The notes under the pieces were generated by a model. The model made no database searches, had not been told where the DNA came from, and worked only from the letters and a program-made list of their open reading frames with translations. A stretch of 64,000 bases of DNA, taken from Dehalococcoidia bacterium UBA1162. GTDB taxonomy: Bacteria > Chloroflexota > Dehalococcoidia > GIF9 > UBA5629. The stretch spans positions 34,755 through 98,754 of the forward strand of contig DBZK01000010.1 of assembly GCA_002311135.1 (NCBI GenBank). The letters are read 5' to 3'. The translations under genes and the position numbers were made by a program. Each line of letters opens with the position of its first letter. The first letter of the stretch is position 1. Positions 38,289 to 48,676 of this stretch are shown one piece after another.

Positions 38289-39515
38289 ATGCCTGAGAAG
38301 AAACTTAAAAGGGACGACCCCTATTTCATAGATTTTCCCAAGAGGATTAAGGCCATTCAGAAGGAGATGGCCAAACATGGCATCGATGTTTATTTGGGCT
38401 CCCGCCTGAGGACACTTTCCTGGACGGTTGACGCCTTCATGCCCTGGCGCTCTTACATCGTGATACCGCCCGAAGGGCTGCCGACCGCCATCACCTTCGT
38501 GATTGACGCAGCCCGCGTGCAGGACGATTCATGGCTGGACCAGGACCACATCCTGGGCTATGGTCCAATGGGCGGGCAGGACCAGGTATCGCTGCTGTCA
38601 GGGCTAATCAAGCCGCATCTGAAAGCAGGCAAGGGCATCATCGCCATGGAGACCGGAATGGGCACCTATCTGCCGGAAGGGCACCTGACCCTATTCGAAT
38701 TCGTGATGCTGAAGGCTGCGCTGCCCAAAGCCACCTTTAAGAACGCCCACGATATTATCGACAGGCTGTCACTCATCAAGGACGCCGGGACCATCAACCG
38801 CTTCCGGGAGGCCTCCCGCATAGTCGATATCGGCCACAAGGCGGTATACGAAGCTATATGTGACGGCGGCTATAAGAACATGACCGAAACCGAGATCGCC
38901 GGCCTGGCCGCCTATGCCATGCGCAAAGCGGGCAGCGAGTGGGAATGGTCGTTCACCGGCGGCAACGAGATAGCTTCGGGTTACCGCACCGGCCTGGCGG
39001 CCGGAGCCTGTACCCCCGCCAGCAGGAAGAAGCTGAAGACGGGCGAGCCGCTGATGGTGGACCTGCACGCTATGTTCAGGCTGGGGCTGGGGGACCATTC
39101 GCATAATTATTTCCTGGGCAAAGCCACCAAGCGTCAACTCTGGCATGCTAAAAATTTCATCGACTTGCTCCATAAATGTCTGAAGGCCTATAAGCCTGGA
39201 GTATCGCCGACCACACTGGCGGACGAGATGCTGGCCTTTACGGAGGAGAGAGGTTTCCAGGACTACATGGTGCCGGGTTTCGAACACGGGATCGGGCTGA
39301 TGGGCGACGAATGGCGTATCGGCCTGAACGACGGTCCCTTTGAATACTGGACCAACCCGGACCACGTTTATAAAAAGGACGAGATGCTGATTTGCGCGGT
39401 ACAGTATGCCTGCCCCGAAGAAAACGTGGGCTTCCGCTATGAGAACCCGATCCTCATCACGGCCAAAGGTTGCGAATTCCTGTCTAAATTCCCGCTGAGC
39501 ATCGATGTAGTATAA
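38289..39515 (+). CDS. M24 (pita-bread fold) peptidase/amidohydrolase family protein
   Basis: Creatinase-like N-domain, VDLH...GDH, HGIGL, GFRYENPILIT. Confidence 0.85.
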   Translation: MPEKKLKRDDPYFIDFPKRIKAIQKEMAKHGIDVYLGSRLRTLSWTVDAFMPWRSYIVIPPEGLPTAITFVIDAARVQDDSWLDQDHILGYGPMGGQDQVSLLSGLIKPHLKAGKGIIAMETGMGTYLPEGHLTLFEFVMLKAALPKATFKNAHDIIDRLSLIKDAGTINRFREASRIVDIGHKAVYEAICDGGYKNMTETEIAGLAAYAMRKAGSEWEWSFTGGNEIASGYRTGLAAGACTPASRKKLKTGEPLMVDLHAMFRLGLGDHSHNYFLGKATKRQLWHAKNFIDLLHKCLKAYKPGVSPTTLADEMLAFTEERGFQDYMVPGFEHGIGLMGDEWRIGLNDGPFEYWTNPDHVYKKDEMLICAVQYACPEENVGFRYENPILITAKGCEFLSKFPLSIDVV

Positions 39516-39523
39516 GTTAAATA

Positions 39524-39554
39524 AGCTGAAGGGGGGATCAACCCTCCTTCAGCT
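39524..39554. terminator. Hairpin, probable terminator
   Basis: AGCTGAAGGGGGG-ATCAA-CCCTCCTTCAGCT between convergent genes; weak U-tract. Confidence 0.65.
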
Positions 39555-39555
39555 C

Positions 39556-39638
39556 GAAATAAGTTCAAAGCTCAAAGCCTAAATTTGAATTTTGTATTTT
39601 GGGTTTGTTTAGGATTTAGTATTTAGGGTTTAGTGTTT
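39556..39638. repeat. Repeat family B, full element
   Basis: 39604-39626 is the exact reverse complement of 42985-43007. Confidence 0.85.
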
Positions 39639-39652
39639 CACCGAAGGGGTTG

Positions 39653-40519
39653 TTACCAGTATATCTTAACCCCTTCCACTATGCCCATTGACGGCCAGAA
39701 AGCGCCCAGTCCATCAGCATCAGCATAGACCTGTGCAGACAACTTATTGATCAAATGCCTTTGTGCATTGACAGTGGTAACCAAACTGCTGTTCCTGGTT
39801 CTGTTGTATTGATCCGTGTAGCTGTTGTATTGCACAATGGCGGCATTGCAGGTGTCAAGGTCATTTTTGAACTTATCAAACCTGACTTCATATTGCTCAT
39901 AATAGCTATAGTCGGGTACGCCGGCTACTTCCATGCTTATGAATCCCAGCTCTTTGCCGACCGCCACATAAGCGATCTTATCATGACTATCAGCCTGCCC
40001 GAATATCCTGGCTGGCTTGCCGTCGGGCGACAGGTGCTGGCTGGAGTCGGCCAGCGATTCTTCGATGGTCATGCCGGTACAATCCACGTAAGCCATCCCC
40101 ATATCGGTTGTTTCGAATGCATTGCAGGCATGCCCCATAGTGCTACCCTGCAGAGTGATGGCGACGAAAGCAGCCCTTATGCCGCCAGCTTCTGCATTAT
40201 TGTAGATTGTCTCGGCAAAGGCACCGCATGGATTTACAACGGTATCATATGTATCTTCATCAGTTTTATCCTGCTGCATGAAATCTTTGAGCTGCTGCCA
40301 CGTTGGGTTTTTCGCAGCCGGATTAGCCACCAGATGAACATTGCCTACATCTCCAGCATCTACGATCTTGGTTCTTAAATAGGGAGGTTGAACCCCGTTA
40401 TAAACTTCTACCCCACCTTCGCTTGAGATGGGCACGCCCGCTCCAGAGCAGCTTACGGAAATTACAGTAATAGCCAGGACTGCGATCGCTGCTGTTGTCA
40501 GCTTATTCAATTGGCTCAT
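39653..40519 (-). CDS. Hypothetical lipoprotein, possible transglutaminase/cysteine-protease-like fold
   Basis: Lipobox SVSC; PCGAFAE, GHACNAF, YVDCTG. Confidence 0.65.
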   Translation of the reverse strand: MSQLNKLTTAAIAVLAITVISVSCSGAGVPISSEGGVEVYNGVQPPYLRTKIVDAGDVGNVHLVANPAAKNPTWQQLKDFMQQDKTDEDTYDTVVNPCGAFAETIYNNAEAGGIRAAFVAITLQGSTMGHACNAFETTDMGMAYVDCTGMTIEESLADSSQHLSPDGKPARIFGQADSHDKIAYVAVGKELGFISMEVAGVPDYSYYEQYEVRFDKFKNDLDTCNAAIVQYNSYTDQYNRTRNSSLVTTVNAQRHLINKLSAQVYADADGLGAFWPSMGIVEGVKIYW

Positions 40520-40557
40520 GCTATAGGGAAGCCGGTTTTGGGTCCGGCACCAAACAT

Positions 40558-40887
40558 CTATTTGAATTCGTTATGCCCCAATGTGATCAGTACTATCGAA
40601 ATAATCCCGAAGATAAAAAAGCAGAAGAACGCCGCGATCGAGCCGGCCAGCGCCATCCCCCAGACCTTGCGTTTAATCGCGAAGACGCCGCCTATCACAG
40701 ATACTATGGCAACTATTATAAGTATAATCGCCAAAGTAAAAAGCACTCCGGGCAGCCACTGCGGCACATTCTGTACAATGCCCGTTATGCTACCCGCTAC
40801 CACCAGCCAGAAACACACAAACATCATACCTATGCCTGAGATAATATCTAAAATGCCCGACGTCAGGGTCATCCATGATTTTTCCAT
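40558..40887 (-). CDS. Small hypothetical membrane protein
   Basis: 3-4 hydrophobic segments; GGAGG SD. Confidence 0.7.
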   Translation of the reverse strand: MEKSWMTLTSGILDIISGIGMMFVCFWLVVAGSITGIVQNVPQWLPGVLFTLAIILIIVAIVSVIGGVFAIKRKVWGMALAGSIAAFFCFFIFGIISIVLITLGHNEFK

Positions 40888-40947
40888 GTCTTTTCCCTCC
40901 TGCCTGGAATATTCTACTTATATTATTATAGACCACTGCTTATCTTA

Positions 40948-42942
40948 TTACTTCTTTTTCCTGAAAGGGGAGAGAAGCTCTTCGTCTTTCCTCAGGTCCA
41001 CTATGCGGTCACGCAGCAGGGCAGCCTTCTCGAATTGCAGGTTCTTGGCAGCCTTCTTCATCTGGGATTCCAGGTCTTTGATCAGCCGGGCGATCTCGTC
41101 GGGCGGGACGTGGCCGGTCTCGTATTTAGCCCTTTCTTCAGCTACGACCTTGACCCTCTCGGTAATGTCCTTAACGGCCTTTTTAATACCCTGGGGCGTA
41201 ATGCCGTGCTCTTTATTATAAGCTTCCTGTATTTTACGACGGCGGTAGATTTCTTCGATGGCGTTCTTCATGGAATCCGTATGCTTATCGGCATAGAGGA
41301 TGACATGCCCCCCGATATGCCGTGCGGCCCGGCCCATAGTCTGGATTAACGAGTCCCTGGACCTCAAATAGCCTTCCTTATCGGCATCCAGTATGGCCAC
41401 CAGGCTGACCTCTGGCAGGTCCAAGCCTTCCCTCAGCAGGTTAATGCCCACCACCACGTCATATACGCCCAGCCGCAGGTCGCGCAGTATCTCCACACGC
41501 TCCAGCGTATCCACCTCGGAATGCAGGTAATGCGTCTTAACGTCCATCTCCCGCAGGTAGTCGGCCAACTCCTCCGCCATCTTTTTGGTCAGCGTCGTTA
41601 TCAGGCAACGCTCGCCTTTAACCACCCTGAGCTTTATCTCATGGATCAAATCGTCGATCTGCCCTTTAGTCGGCTTAACCTCGATGGTCGGTTCAAGAAG
41701 TCCGGTGGGACGGACAAGCTGCTCAACGACCTGGCGGTTGTTCTTATACTCATAGGGGCCGGGCGTGGCCGACACGAAGATAGCATTGTTTATGAGGTTC
41801 TCGAACTCAGGGAAGTTGAGAGGACGGTTATCCAGTGCCGAAGGCAGGCGAAAGCCGTAGTCTATCAGAGTCTGTTTGCGGCTCATATCCCCGTGATACA
41901 TACCGCGTATCTGCGGTATAGTCATGTGCGATTCATCGATAAAGAGCAGAAAATCTTTGGGGAAATAGTTGATCAGCGTCCAGGGCGGGCTGCCCGCAGC
42001 CCTGCGCTGAAGGTGGCGTGAATAGTTTTCGACGCCATTGCAATAGCCAACCTGGGTGAGCATCTCTAAATCGTAGTTGGTGCGTTGCTCAATGCGTGCC
42101 GCTTCGATTAACTTGCCCTGCCGGGTGAACTCAGCCACCCTTTCCAGCATCTCAGCTTTAATGTCAACTACGGCCAGTTCCAGCTTTTCAGGGGACGTAA
42201 CGAAATGTTTGGCCGGGAAGATATCGATCGACTCCTTTTCCGCCAGCAGCTCGCCGGTCAGGCTGTCCACCTCTATAATCCTCTCGATTTCATCGCCAAA
42301 GAACTCTATGCGCAGAGCAATCTCCTCGTAGGAAGGCAATATCTCAAGAGTATCCCCGCGTATGCGGAATTTGCCGCGCGTAAAGTCGAAGTCGTTGCGC
42401 TCGTACTGCATATTCACAAACTTTCGCACCAGTTTATTCCGCTCGATCTTTTCGCCTTTATGTATATTGACAACGAAGCTCTGATATTCCTCGGGCTCTC
42501 CCAAGGAATAAATGCAGGAAACGGAGGCCACGATGAGCACATCCCGTCTGGTTAACAGCGCCCGCGTGGCGGCATGGCGAAGTTTATCGATCTCTTCATT
42601 TATATCCGTATCCTTCTCGATATATGTGTCGGTCCTGGGTATATAGGCTTCCGGCTGGTAATAGTCGTAATAGCTGACAAAGTATTCGACTGCATTTTCG
42701 GGAAAGTACTCTTTAAACTCGGTTGCAAGCTGCGCAGCCAGCGTCTTGTTATGGCACATCACCAGGGTCGGCCTTTGCAGTCTTTCAACCACGTTGGCCA
42801 TAGTGAAGGTTTTACCGCTGCCCGTTACGCCCAGCAGAGTCTGTTTGTCGAAGCCCGCTTCAACGCCGCGCACCAGCCCATCCACGGCCTGGGGCTGATC
42901 GCCGGTCATTTTGAAGTCTGAAATGATTTTGAAGTCGGGCAT
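40948..42942 (-). CDS. uvrB: Excinuclease ABC subunit B
   Basis: [38 protein letters not shown]-terminal UVR domain. Confidence 0.98.
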   Translation of the reverse strand: MPDFKIISDFKMTGDQPQAVDGLVRGVEAGFDKQTLLGVTGSGKTFTMANVVERLQRPTLVMCHNKTLAAQLATEFKEYFPENAVEYFVSYYDYYQPEAYIPRTDTYIEKDTDINEEIDKLRHAATRALLTRRDVLIVASVSCIYSLGEPEEYQSFVVNIHKGEKIERNKLVRKFVNMQYERNDFDFTRGKFRIRGDTLEILPSYEEIALRIEFFGDEIERIIEVDSLTGELLAEKESIDIFPAKHFVTSPEKLELAVVDIKAEMLERVAEFTRQGKLIEAARIEQRTNYDLEMLTQVGYCNGVENYSRHLQRRAAGSPPWTLINYFPKDFLLFIDESHMTIPQIRGMYHGDMSRKQTLIDYGFRLPSALDNRPLNFPEFENLINNAIFVSATPGPYEYKNNRQVVEQLVRPTGLLEPTIEVKPTKGQIDDLIHEIKLRVVKGERCLITTLTKKMAEELADYLREMDVKTHYLHSEVDTLERVEILRDLRLGVYDVVVGINLLREGLDLPEVSLVAILDADKEGYLRSRDSLIQTMGRAARHIGGHVILYADKHTDSMKNAIEEIYRRRKIQEAYNKEHGITPQGIKKAVKDITERVKVVAEERAKYETGHVPPDEIARLIKDLESQMKKAAKNLQFEKAALLRDRIVDLRKDEELLSPFRKKK

Positions 42943-42980
42943 GGCTCATTAATTATAAATACCAGCGACCCTTTTGGGGA

Positions 42981-43110
42981 AACTCTAAATACTAAATCCT
43001 AAACAAATTCCAAACTCCAAATGTTACTATGGTTGGGTTTTGAGTTTTGAACTTATTTAGAGCTTGGAGTTTAGTATTTAGAATTTGAAATTTGTTTGGA
43101 GCTTGGAATT
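42981..43110. repeat. Repeat family B, full element with an extra arm
   Basis: CTAAATA/CTAAATC/CTAAACA arm facing TTTAGAG/TTTAGTA/TTTAGAA arms. Confidence 0.85.
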
Positions 43111-43695
43111 TTATCTAGATGAGAGCCTTTGCAGGGCCAGCCGGACCTTCTCTTCGAGGCTCAAATCTGCAGCCTGAGAGATGCCGCTGAGGGCCTGCGT
43201 GGCTTCCCGTATCGAATAGCCCAGGCCTGTTAAAGCCGCCACGGCGTCGCCGTCGCCCTGAGAAAAATCGGGCAGTATCTCGCCTTCCCAACCCTTCTCC
43301 AATTTGCTTTTTAGATCGATGATAATGCGGGCGGCGGTCTTCTTGCCGATACCCGGGACCTGGCTGAGCAGTTCGGCATTGCTGCTGATGATAGCCGAGA
43401 CGATGTGCTCCGCGCTGAGAGTGGTCAGTAGTGCAAGCGCCACTTTCGGCCCAATGCCGCTGACCGTTATGAGCTGTTCGAACAGCACCAGTTCCTGCTG
43501 GGAATAGAATCCATAGAGGGAGATATTATCTTCACGAACATAAAGGTGCGTATGCAGGAAAACCTCGGTCCCTGCATGCCCGAGCTTAATCAGGGTGGAA
43601 CCGGGTACATTGAGGGCGAAACTGATGAGGCCCGATTTCACAATAACAGAATTGGTCCCTTTGCTGATCAAGGTGCCTTCAATGGCGGCTATCAT
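43111..43695 (-). CDS. ruvA: Holliday junction branch migration protein RuvA
   Basis: VRED..LYGF, VSGIGPKVAL, VPGIGKKTAARI, ALTGLGY. Confidence 0.96.
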   Translation of the reverse strand: MIAAIEGTLISKGTNSVIVKSGLISFALNVPGSTLIKLGHAGTEVFLHTHLYVREDNISLYGFYSQQELVLFEQLITVSGIGPKVALALLTTLSAEHIVSAIISSNAELLSQVPGIGKKTAARIIIDLKSKLEKGWEGEILPDFSQGDGDAVAALTGLGYSIREATQALSGISQAADLSLEEKVRLALQRLSSR

Positions 43696-43700
43696 TTAAT

Positions 43701-44204
43701 TTAATATCCCCTGTTCAAAATCCGGTTGAGGTGCTGCTGGTTGAGGTGGCAGATAGCCACCGCCAGCGCATCAGCGGCATCGCTGGCTTCCGGCAGATCA
43801 CTGACCCCCAACTGCAATTTGACCATGTGCCTTACCTGGTCTTTCCCGCTCCTGCCGTAGTTGGTGACCATTTGCTTGACCTGTGTGGGCATGTAACGTG
43901 ATACCGGCAGCCCTGCCTGCGCAGCCGCCAGGATGGCGACAGCCTGGGCCCTGCCTATGGCCAGGGCAGAACGGGCATTGCCAGCTACAAAGGGCTCCTC
44001 CACAGCAACTTCAACGGGCGAGAATTCTTCGATTATCCGGACTAACTCCCTGTGCAGGGAGCAGAGCCTTTGCTCTACGGGCATCTTTTGCGGCGCCGAG
44101 ATAACACCGCAGCCAAGCATGATCATGGAATTACCATCTGTCTCCTCGACGATCCCATAGCCCATGTTCAAAGTACCCGGGTCGATGCCTAATACGCGTA
44201 CCAT
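43701..44204 (-). CDS. ruvC: Holliday junction resolvase RuvC
   Basis: LGIDPG, VAVEE, DAADALAVAICH. Confidence 0.96.
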   Translation of the reverse strand: MVRVLGIDPGTLNMGYGIVEETDGNSMIMLGCGVISAPQKMPVEQRLCSLHRELVRIIEEFSPVEVAVEEPFVAGNARSALAIGRAQAVAILAAAQAGLPVSRYMPTQVKQMVTNYGRSGKDQVRHMVKLQLGVSDLPEASDAADALAVAICHLNQQHLNRILNRGY

Positions 44205-44266
44205 GTTAATCCGTAAGAGCTGTCATCTTTTAGAACTGGTATGGCAATAGGGGAAATTGAAGGCCT

Positions 44267-45019
44267 CTAGGCCTCTGCCTTTAGCTTCTCGATCAGGGCG
44301 TCTGTGTATTCCAGGTTGGAAAAGACACGCTGAACATCGTCCAATTCTTCCAACCTTTCCAGCAATTTGACCGTTTGTAATGCCTCTTTCTCCTGCAGGG
44401 ATACCGTATTCTGGGGAATCATGGTAACTTCGGCCGAGATGGGCTTTCTGCGTTTCTCGACGGCCAGTTTAACATTCTCAAACTCTTTAGGCTCCGTGTA
44501 AATTTCCAGCAGTCCCTTCTCCTCTTTTACATCGGAGGCCCCCGCATCGATGGCATAGAGTGCCAATTCATCCGCGTCGATGCCGGTTGTGTCAACCGTT
44601 ATAATGCCTTTATTTTCAAACATCCATGCCACGCTGCCGTTTTCACCCAGGCTGCCGTTGTTTTTCATAAAGGTGCTGCGTATCTCTGCAACCGTACGGT
44701 TGCGGTTATCGGTCATAGCTTCCAACATCACTGCCACGCCGGACGGTCCATACCCTTCCATCACCATCTCCGTAAACGTTGTGCCCTCGGCGGCTCCGCT
44801 GCCTTTCTTGATAGCGTTTTCAATATTGTCTTTGGGCATATTACTGTCACGCGCTTTCTGGACGGCAAGACGGAGGCGGAAATTGCCTTCGGGGTTGGGA
44901 CCGCCCTGCCTGGTAGAGATAATAATTTCACGCGTGAGTTTGGTGAACATGGCCCCGCGGCGGGAATCCGCTACGCCCTTCTGTCTTTTAATAGTTGCCC
45001 ATTTAGAATGTCCGGACAT
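44267..45019 (-). CDS. yebC: YebC/PmpR family protein
   Basis: MSGHSKWATIK, EGYGP, TDNRNRT, LEELDDVQRVFSN. Confidence 0.95.
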   Translation of the reverse strand: MSGHSKWATIKRQKGVADSRRGAMFTKLTREIIISTRQGGPNPEGNFRLRLAVQKARDSNMPKDNIENAIKKGSGAAEGTTFTEMVMEGYGPSGVAVMLEAMTDNRNRTVAEIRSTFMKNNGSLGENGSVAWMFENKGIITVDTTGIDADELALYAIDAGASDVKEEKGLLEIYTEPKEFENVKLAVEKRRKPISAEVTMIPQNTVSLQEKEALQTVKLLERLEELDDVQRVFSNLEYTDALIEKLKAEA

Positions 45020-45156
45020 GGTATCCCCTCACCAAAAATATTTTAAATTCCGCGTACTAAGAATAAAACATTACTGAATCATTATGCAACAACTGGAAAC
45101 AATTCATCCCGGCCAAACCGATTTTGATGCTATAATGGGCATCGCAACAGCTAATA

Positions 45157-45765
45157 ATGACACTTTACATTTTTGAATTCATTAAACAACTCATTTCGAC
45201 CCTAGGATACCCGGGGATCTTTATTACCATGACCCTGGAATCCATGCTGATGCCGATCCCGAGCGAGGCCGTTATGCCCTTTGTCGGGTTCCTGGCCTAT
45301 GAAGGCAAGATGGAAATCTGGATCGCGGTGCTGGTAAGCAGCCTGGCTAACCTGGCGGGATCGCTAATTGCTTACGCTGTTGGCCGCTATCTCGGCAGGG
45401 GGTTCATTCTTAAATACGGTAAATACATATTACTGAATATACATCACCTTGAACTAACAGAGCAGTGGTTTCTTAAATACGGCAGCATTGCAGTCCTGTT
45501 TTCCAGGATGCTGCCTGTCGTGAGATCAATAATCGCCCTGCCGGCCGGCATCGGGAAAATGAATATCTGGCGGTTCTGTCTATTTACCTTCATAGGGTCT
45601 GTGCCCTGGAACCTGGGGCTTATTTACGCGGGCTATCTGCTCAAAGAGAACTGGGGCATGCTGGAAAGATACACCGTTTATATAGATATCATTGCCATAA
45701 CTGCTATTGTCGCAGTATTGGTTTACCTGGGTACCAGGATCCTGGCCGGCGCCAGGCAACGATGA
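45157..45765 (+). CDS. DedA family membrane protein
   Basis: LES..PIPSE, SRMLPVVRS.IALPAG. Confidence 0.92.
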   Translation: MTLYIFEFIKQLISTLGYPGIFITMTLESMLMPIPSEAVMPFVGFLAYEGKMEIWIAVLVSSLANLAGSLIAYAVGRYLGRGFILKYGKYILLNIHHLELTEQWFLKYGSIAVLFSRMLPVVRSIIALPAGIGKMNIWRFCLFTFIGSVPWNLGLIYAGYLLKENWGMLERYTVYIDIIAITAIVAVLVYLGTRILAGARQR

Positions 45766-45774
45766 CCATCAGGA

Positions 45775-46494
45775 TTGACGTTGAAAAGCAATTTAGCCAG
45801 GCTTAAAAAGATCGTTGATAGCTATATGCAGCGTGTGCCCATGGTGCACGAGCATTGTGACCGCTGCCTGGCCGTAGCCAGATGGCACAGCAATGCCCTG
45901 CTTATGGTAATCGACGCCGCTTTCGATTCCATAGGCCTGAATTACTTTCAATCCGTGGTCCCCAAGGTAGAGCTTTTCAGACAAAGGTACGTTGAGACCG
46001 GAAAAATACGGACTATGGAAGACATGGTCAAAGCGGATGCCTCTGAATTGCGAGCAATATGGAAAAACGAACGTTCATGGAAAGTGGCCAGGGAAATTGC
46101 ATCTCACCTGGCTTTACTGAAGCGTAAACACAGCCTCGACGACAGGTCCGCCCTTATACGCTGGGCCCTGGAGGCACCTCTAACCGCATGGGATAAAGAC
46201 CCGGTGGGCAGCATCGGCGGAGTGGGTATAAACACCTACCAGTATTTGAGAATGATGGGCGGAGTCGATACCGTCATGCCTGACAAGATCGTAAAAAGAG
46301 TTACCTTCGATATTTTGCGGGAAGCAAAGATCAAGCTGCCGGAAAGCGACATTGAATTCGTTCAGTTAATAGAAAGGCTGGCTCCGGCAACCGGGTACCG
46401 GGCCATCGAGTTGTGCTGGATGACCTGGCTCGTACAATCCGAGGCAGGGCTAAGCCGGACTGAAAAGTACGCTTCACTTTTACCCAAAATATAG
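45775..46494 (+). CDS. Hypothetical protein with an HhH-GPD-like motif
   Basis: VGSIGGVGINTYQYLRMMGGVDTVMPD. Confidence 0.6.
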   Translation: MTLKSNLARLKKIVDSYMQRVPMVHEHCDRCLAVARWHSNALLMVIDAAFDSIGLNYFQSVVPKVELFRQRYVETGKIRTMEDMVKADASELRAIWKNERSWKVAREIASHLALLKRKHSLDDRSALIRWALEAPLTAWDKDPVGSIGGVGINTYQYLRMMGGVDTVMPDKIVKRVTFDILREAKIKLPESDIEFVQLIERLAPATGYRAIELCWMTWLVQSEAGLSRTEKYASLLPKI

Positions 46495-46570
46495 AATCAT
46501 GGGGGAAACATACTATTTACCTATCTCGTTTACTGGGGCATCCACCTAAAGCCCAGATAAGATTTTTAGC

Positions 46571-46610
46571 ATAAAACAAAGGGGCACTAAGAAGTGCCCC
46601 TTTGTTTTAT
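46571..46610. terminator. Bidirectional intrinsic terminator
   Basis: ATAAAACAAAGGGGCACT-AAGA-AGTGCCCCTTTGTTTTAT, perfect 18-bp stem. Confidence 0.92.
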
Positions 46611-46653
46611 TTAACCCTTTCGGGTTAGTTTGCTTACAAGTCGCAACTACCTA

Positions 46654-48444
46654 TCAAATAGCAATGTGAGTAGCCTGAGAAGCAACCACAATCCACACAA
46701 TCAGTATGGCTATGAGGAAGGCCCCTGTATACACATGGCCGGTCTTGCGGAAGAAGTAGGTGTATACCAGGGCAGCAATGGTCATGATAGGCAAGAATTG
46801 GAAAGCTATAATGCCAAACAGGATGTCACCAGCATTGGTAATAGCAAGTGTGCCGCCGGCTATCAGCGGGATATACTGGTACAGTATCAGTCCCACAAAT
46901 CCCAGGACAAGCAGGGCTATGTTGATCCACGTCTCACCGCAGAGGCCAAACGGCTGACCGCTTTTCTTGAAAGGCCGTAGCTCTCCCTGCAGGACCGTAG
47001 CCAGTACCAGGAAGAAAATCAGGAATGGAATGAGATAGCATAGGAACATCCGGAACTGGAGCAAAGACATGGGTTTAACGGCAAAGACCCAGATACGGTA
47101 ATCAACGTTGAAGAGCAGGCCGGATAATACCAGCGTCAGGTAAGCGACAAAGGCCACGGCCACGGCCAACAAGAGGGCTTTACCGATCTTGGCCCATTCC
47201 AGCTTGGTGCCCCAGGCAAGGCCATAGTTTCCTCCATTGGCCTTGCGATTCCATATAAAGTGCCAGAGTACAAACAATACTATTGAGATGGCTGCATTCA
47301 TCAAAACCCAGACCATAATCTGGTCAGTGATGATTTGAGGAAAGATTGCATTGGTAAAATTTAATTTAAGACCAAAGTCTGTAAATGGGAAATATGTAAC
47401 AGCCGGGATAGCTACCAGAAGGATGGCCCCGATCCACCAGCCGATGCCCTTGACTGTCTTGGGTTCCGGCGTCGCTTCGGCTATTCCTTTGAAGAATTTA
47501 GTCTGCAATAGCAGACTGCCAACCGGGAAGAGCAGCAAAATCATCCCGATGAGGGCTATCAAATTGCCGATCTCTTTCCAGTACCACACCTGGTCTGATG
47601 GCGGCAGGCCGTTGCCGCCTTTCAGTGTTTGCTCAAACCAGTAAATCGCATCTCCAATGGCCGCGGTGGAAAAAGTATCGCCAGGATGGGTATTTTGAGG
47701 CATCCACAGTTCACGGGCGGTGCCTTTCTCGATAGAACCGTAGAGCTGGCCCACCACTACATCCTTGTCCGTACCGAATTGCTCTTTCAACTGATCAGTG
47801 CTGACAATGTTTCTGGGAATATCCGCCATCCACATGGTACCGGAGAACTCCTCCCATAGTGCAAAAACCACCCCAAGATTTTTCGGGAAGGTGGCATCAC
47901 CGGGGGGGGCCGGGGCGGTAGAAGACCCTTCCAAGACCATTGCCTTGTACAGATCCGGAGTGGCGTCAGCAGCAGTAGCAACGGCCGAACCACCCATTGA
48001 ATGGCCTTCAAGACCGATATTATTCTTATCGACGATATCGAGACTGGCCAGATATTTAAGGCCATCCGGGCCGCCAAAACCATTGGCGAAAGCAGCCCCG
48101 CCGGAGTAACCGTGACCCGTCTGATCCATGGCAAGTACAACATAGCCACGTCTTGCAAACTCGATGGCAAAGCCATCCTGAGTTTCGCGGGAATTAATAT
48201 AACCGTGTATAGCCAGGATGCCAGGAGCCGGTGTGGCAGCCGTGGCAGTCTTGGGTACATACAAGAGAGCACTCATAACAACGTTGTTTGTGTCATCTGT
48301 GCTAGACGTGCCCACAAAACGTATGTCCTTGACTTGCACTCTGCCCCAATCGGTTTGAATGCAGGATGCCAGTAAATCACCAACGAGTATTAATATCAGG
48401 GCAATTCCGAGTATTATCCAGGTCTTTTTTGATTGGTTGGCCAT
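46654..48444 (-). CDS. Membrane-bound alpha/beta hydrolase
   Basis: IHG, GHG, GHSMGG nucleophile elbow; about 8 C-terminal TM segments. Confidence 0.88.
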   Translation of the reverse strand: MANQSKKTWIILGIALILILVGDLLASCIQTDWGRVQVKDIRFVGTSSTDDTNNVVMSALLYVPKTATAATPAPGILAIHGYINSRETQDGFAIEFARRGYVVLAMDQTGHGYSGGAAFANGFGGPDGLKYLASLDIVDKNNIGLEGHSMGGSAVATAADATPDLYKAMVLEGSSTAPAPPGDATFPKNLGVVFALWEEFSGTMWMADIPRNIVSTDQLKEQFGTDKDVVVGQLYGSIEKGTARELWMPQNTHPGDTFSTAAIGDAIYWFEQTLKGGNGLPPSDQVWYWKEIGNLIALIGMILLLFPVGSLLLQTKFFKGIAEATPEPKTVKGIGWWIGAILLVAIPAVTYFPFTDFGLKLNFTNAIFPQIITDQIMVWVLMNAAISIVLFVLWHFIWNRKANGGNYGLAWGTKLEWAKIGKALLLAVAVAFVAYLTLVLSGLLFNVDYRIWVFAVKPMSLLQFRMFLCYLIPFLIFFLVLATVLQGELRPFKKSGQPFGLCGETWINIALLVLGFVGLILYQYIPLIAGGTLAITNAGDILFGIIAFQFLPIMTIAALVYTYFFRKTGHVYTGAFLIAILIVWIVVASQATHIAI

Positions 48445-48676
48445 TTACATACTACCTCCCTATTTATATTTGATTTGCTTGAAACTCATCCAGATTTCTA
48501 GCTTAATCTATATGAATTACACATACCTCACAATAAGATAAGGTGAATACCCAATACCACAAGCTCTCTCACCCCCTTTCGAACAAGGATTGACGATAGA
48601 TTGTAACCGACCCAGTATACCCGAATGTTCATCGCTAAAGCAATGGGTTAGGCTTGCCTTTTGTCGGTTGACCAAT

